A stretch of DNA of 64,000 bases from NCBI GenBank assembly GCA_020184695.1, contig JAANOX010000017.1:310001-374000 (forward strand). The letters are read 5' to 3'. The position numbers were made by a program, and so were the translations under genes. Positions 56,080 through 64,000 of the stretch are shown here, piece by piece. The notes below the pieces were generated by a model. The model was given only the letters and a program-made list of their open reading frames with translations. It did not search any database and had not been told where the DNA came from. Position 1 is the first letter of the stretch. Every line of letters begins with the position of its first letter. Source of the DNA: Histomonas meleagridis 2922-C6/04-290x. Its lineage: Eukaryota > Protista > Parabasalia.

Positions 56080-57207
56080 ATGAAAAAATGGATATTATGT
56101 AGCTCTGTTTATTTAGTCTTTTTGATTTTATTACTTCAAATCCAAATATTTTCTATTATATTTGACAAAATTTCTAATCAAGAAACAACTATTGATGATT
56201 CTCAATATTCAAATAACAATCAGATTCCACAATCTTCTCACCACAAATTTAAAGCATCAGAGCAAAATGTAAACTTTGCATACAAATTCCTTAAGTTACC
56301 TGTTTGGTCATCATCTTTTGTTCCTTGTGAAGATGAAAAGTCCGAAAGAAGTTGTAATGAAATATTTCTTGCAGCGAAAATTATTGAACATTGGGAACAA
56401 GTTTCAAAATCAAACAAAACAAAAGGAAGTGTATGGGTTCATATTACAGATCAATTGTTTCCAGATAGATTGTCAATGCTTTATCAAGGACTTCAAATCG
56501 CAATGTTTCAAAACAAGGATTTGATCGTTGACCATTCAAAATTTCTGCCGATAGAACTTCCTGATTCAATCAAAGACTCACAAAAAGTCGAAAATTGTGA
56601 AAAGGCAATTTTTGGAAAAGAATTTTCATCTTTTGACCCATTTTCTCAAGTCGAAAATTTGGTTATTGATGAAGCTACTTTTCCACAAGCACTTTATATC
56701 AACAAAAACATAGGTAAATATTTATATGATAACTTTGGAAAAAATGCTGCGTATTACATTGGGAATTTTTTATTTGGAAATATTAAAATACAAAATGATT
56801 GTGTTAGTAAAGATGTGTATGTTGTAGAACAGAAACATGATAATGATGAAAAAATAAATTTGACAAATTGTGGAATACAAAACTCATTACAATATGAAAC
56901 GATAAATGATGACATGGACCAAAAATCTTACGCATGTAAGTTACACCAATTTATCTCTTCTAAAGGGATCATCCAAAGAATGGGATCAAGATTTGGATTT
57001 TGGGCAACTGCACTTAAAGGTATTCCAGGCGCATTCGTCAACCAGGATGAAAGGAAATGTATCGAACAAAGCAACTCGCAAGCAGGAAGTTTGTTTCCTT
57101 TCTATTGTGCTCCCAACAAATCAGACGTCTTTAAACTTCAGGACTTCCTTGTACCAAAAGAGCAAAATGTACTTATTGGAGAATTCCTTGATAACCTTTT
57201 GTTGTAA
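56080..57207 (+). CDS. Hypothetical type II membrane protein (possibly glycosyltransferase-like)
   Basis: ATG 56080 followed by a TM helix; M3-like GACGGTTA at 56039-56046. The function is a guess. Confidence 0.6.
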   Translation: MKKWILCSSVYLVFLILLLQIQIFSIIFDKISNQETTIDDSQYSNNNQIPQSSHHKFKASEQNVNFAYKFLKLPVWSSSFVPCEDEKSERSCNEIFLAAKIIEHWEQVSKSNKTKGSVWVHITDQLFPDRLSMLYQGLQIAMFQNKDLIVDHSKFLPIELPDSIKDSQKVENCEKAIFGKEFSSFDPFSQVENLVIDEATFPQALYINKNIGKYLYDNFGKNAAYYIGNFLFGNIKIQNDCVSKDVYVVEQKHDNDEKINLTNCGIQNSLQYETINDDMDQKSYACKLHQFISSKGIIQRMGSRFGFWATALKGIPGAFVNQDERKCIEQSNSQAGSLFPFYCAPNKSDVFKLQDFLVPKEQNVLIGEFLDNLLL

Positions 57208-57287
57208 TTCGACATTATTTATAAATTACAGATAAATTTGATTTATTTTTTTGTACGTTATGATGGCGGACGTTTAAATACGTTCAA

Positions 57288-57584
57288 ATGTCAAGAAGTG
57301 GCTCTGTTTCTTCTGACTCTGTAAAAATATCAAACTCATCTGGGAGCAGCAGCTCAAAAAATGAAGACAGCGATCCAGATAAACCAAACATTACAATTGA
57401 TGGAGAGAAAGAAGTTCATCTCAAAGTTTCAGACGCTTCTGATTCTGCTGAAGGATCAATTATAATGGCCCCACAAGAAGATTATCAAATAGATGCTAGT
57501 TTGGATCCAAAAATTTCCCATCTCCCAGAAAAAAATGTGGCTGAAGTTACGAGCCAGCACTCTGTTTGTTGTTACCTCTTGTGA
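57288..57584 (+). CDS. Small Ser/acidic protein with a C-terminal CaaX-like CCYLL
   Basis: 98-aa ATG ORF with host-like codon use. Confidence 0.65.
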   Translation: MSRSGSVSSDSVKISNSSGSSSSKNEDSDPDKPNITIDGEKEVHLKVSDASDSAEGSIIMAPQEDYQIDASLDPKISHLPEKNVAEVTSQHSVCCYLL

Positions 57585-57812
57585 TCTCCATTGTAAGGTT
57601 AAATCAGATGAATTTACAATTTAAAAATGCAAGATATAAAAAAAATATTAATTATTAATTCCAATAGATTCAAAAATTTTTCATTAAACTTAAATGTGTC
57701 GAAAATAAACTACAAAAAATATAATAACCAATTTTTTTTAACTTCTATCACAATAATTTCCATTTTTATCAGCTTGGAGGACGTTATTTTATAAAAATTT
57801 TTCTCCGCAAAA

Positions 57813-57820
57813 AACGGTTT
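57813..57820 (+). promoter_or_regulatory. M3-like element (AACGGTTT)
   Basis: Consensus match 14 nt upstream of the Myb ATG 57834. Confidence 0.5.
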
Positions 57821-57833
57821 GCCGCCAAAAACA

Positions 57834-58412
57834 ATGTCGAACCAAAACAGCGAAAGTAATCTACAAGCATCCTCAGAAAACGAAATACTTGCACAGTACG
57901 GCAACCTTGCAATTGACCCATCACAAGTTCCAGCAATTTTTCAAGCAATTTTTCAAAATCAAGCTGGGAATTTAGACACAATGAATAACAAATCACTTAT
58001 CAGCACACGTGGATCATGGAGCCAACAAGAAGATGAGCTATTGAAGTCAGCAATTAGCCAAATTGGTATAAAGAAATGGAGTGATGTTGCCCGTTTCGTT
58101 CCAACTCGTACAGCAAAACAGTGTCGAGAAAGATGGTTCAACCGTTTAGATCCATCTCTTAAGCATGGTCCTTTTGAACAATGGGAAGATCAAATCATTA
58201 TTGAAAAACAAAAGGAAGTTGGAAATAGATGGTCAATTATTGCACAGCTCCTTCCTGGTAGATCATGCGGTGCTATTAAAAATCGTTGGTACTCTAGCTT
58301 GAGATCTTCTTTGATGAATGGATCGATACAACAAAATAGTGTTACGCCTAATTTTGACCCCATGACAATGATGCAGAGCAACAACGAAAATCAGATCAAC
58401 CCTGAAATCTAA
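57834..58412 (+). CDS. R2R3 Myb transcription factor
   Basis: RGSWSQQEDELL, KWSDVA, RTAKQCRERWFNRLDP, GNRWSIIAQLLPGR, IKNRW. Confidence 0.95.
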   Translation: MSNQNSESNLQASSENEILAQYGNLAIDPSQVPAIFQAIFQNQAGNLDTMNNKSLISTRGSWSQQEDELLKSAISQIGIKKWSDVARFVPTRTAKQCRERWFNRLDPSLKHGPFEQWEDQIIIEKQKEVGNRWSIIAQLLPGRSCGAIKNRWYSSLRSSLMNGSIQQNSVTPNFDPMTMMQSNNENQINPEI

Positions 58413-58754
58413 ATATTATATTTTTGATTTTTCCAAGATATGTTTTCATCTTCTGATTCATCTTAAAACTTTTTCCTTCTTTAGATAACAATACATTGAT
58501 CTATAGGTTAATATCTCTTTGACAATACATTTTATAAAACATTATTTTTGGAAAAAAATAAAGAGAATTTTTATTGCATGAAATTAATCACACACTTAAA
58601 AATAAATAAACATTAAATTATTATTTTTAAACAGTACGTATTTTCATTTTATAATTATGGTGTCGATACTTATAATTCAATACCATAATTTTATGAAGCT
58701 TTTCACTTCGTTTCTGTTAAAAATGCATTACAAAACAATAAATTATCGCAAATC

Positions 58755-59330
58755 TTAGCAACATCGCTCGTTATCGCCTCGAAGAGACCTCGTTTCTCCA
58801 TGTGATGTAATCTTTTTCTGGATAATTTCTTTTGATAATGCATCGAACATTTCATGGATTCCTTCTCCTGTTCGAGCCGAAGTTTCAAAATATCGATACC
58901 CATTTGACTCAGCCCATGCTTGTGCTTCATTTGTTGATATCATTCTTTCATCTTTTAAGTCAGATTTATTTCCCGCAATATAAATAACTGCATCTTGATC
59001 AGCAATTTGTGTGAATTCCTGTATCCAACTGGGTAAATTTGTGAATGAATTACGTGACGTTAAGTCAAAAACAACTAAAGCGCCAATTGAATTTCTGTAA
59101 TAAATTGGGCCCAGTGTACGATAACGTTCTTGACCAGCTGTATCCCATATTTGAATTTCAACATGTGTGTTTTTTATGTCATTTGTAAATAATTGATAAT
59201 TTGCACCAACAGTCGATGGTTCATATTCATCAAACCGTATATCAAAAAGATTATTGAGAATAGATGTTTTTCCAACTGATGCGTCACCTATAAAAACGAC
59301 ACGCCCATGGAGAAGTGATGAAGCTTGCAT
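58755..59330 (-). CDS. Rab-family small GTPase
   Basis: GDASVGKTS, WDTAGQERYR, NKSD, ETSA and C-terminal CC. Confidence 0.95.
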   Translation of the reverse strand: MQASSLLHGRVVFIGDASVGKTSILNNLFDIRFDEYEPSTVGANYQLFTNDIKNTHVEIQIWDTAGQERYRTLGPIYYRNSIGALVVFDLTSRNSFTNLPSWIQEFTQIADQDAVIYIAGNKSDLKDERMISTNEAQAWAESNGYRYFETSARTGEGIHEMFDALSKEIIQKKITSHGETRSLRGDNERCC

Positions 59331-59753
59331 TTGTATTGTTACTTTTCAAAAGTTTATGATGAATTTTGTGGAATTTTAAAAAAAACGTTTTTTTAACGGT
59401 TGCAATTAAGTCAAATTTGATCTGACACTTTCACAAATAGATTTTTTGGAACCTCAAGTTTTAGTTGTTTTCATTTATCTAACAACAATTTCATCAAGTT
59501 AATGAAAAGAAATGCAAAAAGCTTTTTGTTCAAAAAACTGATGATTAATTTGATATTTTAACAATAAGCACAAATATATCAATACTTATAAGAATTTATT
59601 TGAAAATTATAATGAGACAGTAAGCAACTCCAAGGATTTCAAGTTTTGGTTAAACTTAAAGCAAAAACATTCCAGCTGCAAAAAAAAATAATTATAAACT
59701 TTATTTAATTCAAAAAGCTATATCGTATTGTGAAGCACGTTAATTACCTTTGG

Positions 59754-60350
59754 ATGACACGTTGGCTAGACGTTTTTTTGGAATCACCTAAAGCTTCTCT
59801 TTTTGTGCGTGTAGACAACGAGTTCATTTCAAATTCTTTCAACCTTTTCGGACTCAAACCACAAATCGATAATTTTAATCAAGCACTTGAACTCATCAAG
59901 AAAGGGCCTGCTGATAGTAACATAGACCCAGATATAGAGCGAGATGCAATGAATTTATATGGCTTATTACATGCACGTTTTCTATTAACTAAAAATGGGA
60001 TACGTCTTATGCTTGAAAAGTATCAAAGAAATGAATTCCAGCAATGTCCAAGAGTTTACTGTAAAGGAATCAGATGTCTTCCATATGGTGTTTCGGCAAA
60101 AGTAGGTTCACATTCTGTGAAAATGTTTTGCCCAAATTGTCATGATGTATACAACTCAGTAGACCGCCAGCATCACACCATCGATGGTGCATTCTTTGGG
60201 CCGTCATGGGTGCACATGTTTATGCATACTTGTCAACATTTGTTCCCGAAAATCGAACAAAGAGTTTACGTTCCCAAAATTTTTGGCTTCAAAATATATC
60301 ATCCAGGTGACTCTGAGTCAGAGAGCGACTTTGAAGAAGAGTCATATTAA
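59754..60350 (+). CDS. CKB: Casein kinase II regulatory (beta) subunit
   Basis: FNLFGL, LYGLLHARF, CPRVYC...CLPYG, VKMFCPNC, DGAFFGPSW, YVPKIFGFKI. First ATG at 59754. Confidence 0.95.
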   Translation: MTRWLDVFLESPKASLFVRVDNEFISNSFNLFGLKPQIDNFNQALELIKKGPADSNIDPDIERDAMNLYGLLHARFLLTKNGIRLMLEKYQRNEFQQCPRVYCKGIRCLPYGVSAKVGSHSVKMFCPNCHDVYNSVDRQHHTIDGAFFGPSWVHMFMHTCQHLFPKIEQRVYVPKIFGFKIYHPGDSESESDFEEESY

Positions 60351-60759
60351 GGCGATATTGCTTTTGTGTGGAATCAAATAAATATTTCATCTGCAATACA
60401 AAATTTATTAACGTTTTTTAATATTCTTGAGCCAAATGTGTTTGGTTCCCTTAATTTTTATTTCAAAATGTGATTCTCCAATATTAGCTTATCAGATCTT
60501 TGGATATAAAATGTGTAATTATACGATTTTCTTAATTTGACCAATATATGAGGTTTGTGTTCAATATTTTGTTATTTACGTACGAACTAATTATTAGCCA
60601 TTATGAATTTAGTAATTGTTCTAATTTAACATCAGTTTTTATTGGAATGTTCAAATCTTCAGGGTGCGCTGATTGAGATAATATTATATTTAGCGAAAAT
60701 ATTAATATTAATTATTTACTGCTTATTTATTTAGTGGCTAAAGCAAACTAAATAATATT

Positions 60760-62051
60760 ATAATTTTAAATATAGTTACGAAAATTGGAGATTCAGCATT
60801 TTATGCTCAAAATTAAATAATATTATAATACAGAATTTGGATACATCAATTGAAAGATATGCATTTTCAGAATGTACATCACTTTATGTAATCATTCATA
60901 GTGAAAGTGTTCAAGAAATTTAACAATATGGATTTGAGCAATGTACAAATTATCATTTTGTATTCTTTGAAGGTGAAACAGCAATTTCAGATGTACCTGC
61001 GCAAGCTGTTGCAGTGGCATAATCATACACAGGTTCTACTTTCTGGCAGCTCGCTATTACTCATGAAATAATTCCAATATGTAATTCAGCAACAGAATCA
61101 TTCACTAAATCAAACACATTCACTAAGAAGAATACTTTTACTAAATCAAATACTTTCACACAATAGAATGCATTTACTTAATCGCTTCCAAATGAAACAA
61201 ATCTTTCACTGACTATTGCATATAGGGATTTCATATTGTACATCCTTTTTTCCTTATGGCGCATCGCAGTCATATTAATTATTTATGGTATATTAAAGCA
61301 AAGATTATCGCACCTTGACTCTAAAAATTATTTAAAAAAATTGACTTCAAAAAATGGAAAATCTCAATTATTTTCATATGTAATAAAAATAATCAAATTA
61401 TATATAGTAACTCAAATACATATACACAATCAAATACATATAGTAATTCAAATACATATCCACAATCAAATGCATTGACACCATCAAAACCATATTATTA
61501 CTCAAATACAAATGACCAAACTATTTCATATTATTTCTCTGATACAAGTAATTTACAGTTCATTACCTTCTGATGTAACTTTGTCGCATTCTTTTACATT
61601 AACACAACATTTAATTGAAACAAAAACAATTTCTTTAAGCGGATTTGTTACAGTCAGTCCTTTACTTTCCATATTTGAAGATGAATATATTTATATTAGT
61701 ACAAAAGTTATTTACTATTCATACATTGTGGTTCAATTCTCTTGATATGATACTTATTATTATGGATTTTATACATTGGTATATCAAAATTATGAAAAGC
61801 AAAACAACAAAAACGGAATTATCATTGGTGTTTGTGTTACTTTGGCTGTTGTTATTGTTATTTTGTTGGTTATTTTTTTAATTCGAATTAAAAAGCATAA
61901 GCGAACAAAGGGTATAAACATCGAAGAAGCTGAAGAAGTCAAAGAATTTGATACAGTGAACAAATTTTCAGTGGGTTTAAATGTAGCGAATGTTGACGAA
62001 GATCCATTTGCAGTAGATTTTAATGAAGGTAATGAATTTGTTAAAAGATGA
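60760..62051 (+). pseudogene. Decayed BspA-like surface protein (LRR, Ser/Thr repeats, TM, cytoplasmic tail)
   Basis: IERYAFSECTSL, FTKSNTFTKKNTFTKSNTF, YSNSNTYTQSNTYSNSNTY, TM GIIIGVCVTLAVVIVILLVIFLI and tail DPFAVDF, with several stops and frameshifts. Confidence 0.75.
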
Positions 62052-62666
62052 AAATGAATAAATAAAAATTAGTCTGGTTCAAAATCCACGTTTTTTCTTT
62101 CTTTGTCCTTCCTCAGGGCAGCCGCCATTTTTATGTTGAAAAAATCCCCGACTTGAAATTCTCTAATTTACATTATTTTGATAATTTAGCACACCGTTTT
62201 CCTTCTCTTAAACTCAAATCTTTTATGTGAATTACTCCCTATGAAAAATTTTGCATCAAAATCATAATTACATAAAAAATATAAGTATTGACACTTCAAA
62301 TGTTTATTGACTTTCCTCATTTGGCTTTGTCCATAGCAAAATATCTTCTCTTAGTAGTTGTAGAATATATATATATATATATATATAGGATTTTCCAATA
62401 TGAGATAAAGGTTGTTCCTCCCTCTATAAAGAATGATGCAATAAGAATATTTTATAATTCCAATATTATAACTAAAATCAAATCGATAGGGTCACCACCC
62501 GGTGCCCGCTTTTTTGTGTTGCACTCTATCGTTTAGTGACAGTTTTTATAAAGAAATGAATTTTTCAAAAGAATTTTTATTTTTTGTTTCTACTCTTAAT
62601 AATCATTTTGGGTAATATTATTATAACTAAAAAAAGTTTATTTAACAAACAAATATCCGTAGCGAA

Positions 62667-64000
62667 TTATCTTTTTCTTGGGAGTTTTTTTGTTCCATTT
62701 AAGTAATCGAATGGCCTATTTCTCAAATCCTCAATTGAGAATGGCTGTATTTCATTTACTTTTGTTATTTTTGGTTTAATTTTTCTTTTCACATTTTTTC
62801 TTTTTCTTTTCATTTCTTCGTTTTGTACATTTAACAATTTTTTAGCTTCGATATTATTTGGGTCAATTTTCAACGCGTTTTCCAAATCGTTTAAAGCGTT
62901 TTCTATTTGGTTTAATGTTACATTTACTTTAGCTCTTACCACGAAGAAGTCAGCGAATTTATTATAATTTGCAATTGCTTTATCCAATTCATACAAAGCA
63001 GCTTTGTTATTATTCTTTTTTAATGCATTTCGTGCTAATGCATAATGTGTTATTGCAATTCTTTTATCTAAACATTCTCCAGTTAAACCCAATTCTTTCG
63101 CTTTGTGATAATTCGCAAGCGATGTTTCGTATTCATTTAATATTCGATAACAATCGCCTTTGTTTATGTAAAAGTTTGGATCGTTTGGATATTCTCTCAT
63201 TGCCGTATCGAACCATATAATACTTTCTTTAACATTACCGTTCATAAATGTTTGGATGCCCATATCATTATACGTAAGTGAAAGTTGGCGTTGCGCTTCG
63301 TTATTAGTTGTTTGATCAAGAATATCAATAAGTTCTTGTTCTGCATTAACGAGATCATTAATACTTCTTAAGATGATTGACTTATAAATTCGTAATGTAA
63401 TAATATCTGGACGTATTTCTAATAGATTATTAATATATGTAAGCGCTGTTTCGCAATTGTTATTACTTAATAGAATTTCGTCAATTGTTGTTAATGTTTT
63501 ATCAATGTAACATTTGATGATATCAATGACTTTAAGCGCATGTGGATTGGTAGGATCTGAAGAAAGAGATGAACTAGCATATCGATATGCATCTGGAAGA
63601 TTGTTGAAGTGAAGTGAGAGATTTGATAATAATGCATCAATAATTGGATGATGCTTTATGGAATTGGCTTCAAGTAATACGGAAAGAGCTTCGGAATACT
63701 GACTAAGTGCTATATGTGATAAGGCAGAATAATATCGAGAATTAATATTTTGTCTGTCATATCGAGTTGTTCTACTGAAGTGTTTAAGAGCTACCGAATA
63801 TTGCTTCTTTTCAAATTGAAGAAGACCTTCATTAAAATTAAGAGATGAATATAATGAAGTTGCCTCTGAATTTAATGGGTCAAGATCAATTACATGTTGT
63901 ATATCATGAAGTGCAGAATGTATATCGCATATTTGTGCATACGCAATACCACGAAAGTAATATGCTTCGAGTATTGATGGATTTAAGAATAAAAGTCTTG
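62667..64000 (-). CDS. TPR-repeat protein (5'-partial)
   Basis: The frame of ORF 62667-63263 is open to the window edge (...EAYYFRGIAYAQICDIHSALHDIQHVIDLDP...); several TPR motifs (FYINKGDCY, ALNDLENALKIDPNN). Confidence 0.85.
   Translation of the reverse strand, partial: RLLFLNPSILEAYYFRGIAYAQICDIHSALHDIQHVIDLDPLNSEATSLYSSLNFNEGLLQFEKKQYSVALKHFSRTTRYDRQNINSRYYSALSHIALSQYSEALSVLLEANSIKHHPIIDALLSNLSLHFNNLPDAYRYASSSLSSDPTNPHALKVIDIIKCYIDKTLTTIDEILLSNNNCETALTYINNLLEIRPDIITLRIYKSIILRSINDLVNAEQELIDILDQTTNNEAQRQLSLTYNDMGIQTFMNGNVKESIIWFDTAMREYPNDPNFYINKGDCYRILNEYETSLANYHKAKELGLTGECLDKRIAITHYALARNALKKNNNKAALYELDKAIANYNKFADFFVVRAKVNVTLNQIENALNDLENALKIDPNNIEAKKLLNVQNEEMKRKRKNVKRKIKPKITKVNEIQPFSIEDLRNRPFDYLNGTKKLPRKR

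Overview
AT-rich eukaryotic DNA, most likely a parabasalid (Trichomonas/Tritrichomonas/Histomonas-like). This rests on compact genes with no recognisable spliceosomal introns, Inr- and M3-like promoter motifs, BspA-type LRR remnants and DUF3447-like ankyrin genes; species not determined. The backbone is housekeeping: two VPS13, 14-3-3, CWC25, VTI1, RPN8, U2AF35-like, BEACH, CCA-adding enzyme, IMP4, Sec7-PH, RasGAP, GOT1, IFT57, Myb, Rab, CK2-beta and a TPR protein. MAIN OBSERVATION: the ankyrin genes at 6541-10011 (+), 26643-27134 (+) and 28125-30111 (-) look shattered in the ORF track but decode cleanly. In each repeat the codons of the beta-hairpin motif D-x-x-G-x-T are separated by AT-rich spacers of 17 nt (80-nt linker = 4 x [17 + 3]). 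Removing the spacers restores stop-free canonical ankyrin sequence (DNKGMTAL, DKEGKSVL, DNYGDTPL, SNDGWTAL, NEEGETPL, DNNGQTAL, NDYGQTAL), and an 842-aa protein for the first locus. The spacers lack GT-AG ends, are precisely absent in some repeats, and are more conserved than the single codons they flank. This suggests an unusual processing system (3-nt micro-exons with 17-nt non-canonical introns, DNA excision or ribosome hopping) acting on the binding-surface residues of ankyrins; no expression data are available here. A decayed ~8 kb Polinton/Maverick-like endogenous virus (A32-type ATPase, probable major and minor capsid, amphipathic peptide ORF, rve integrase, no DNA polymerase seen) lies at ~30.1-38.3 kb.
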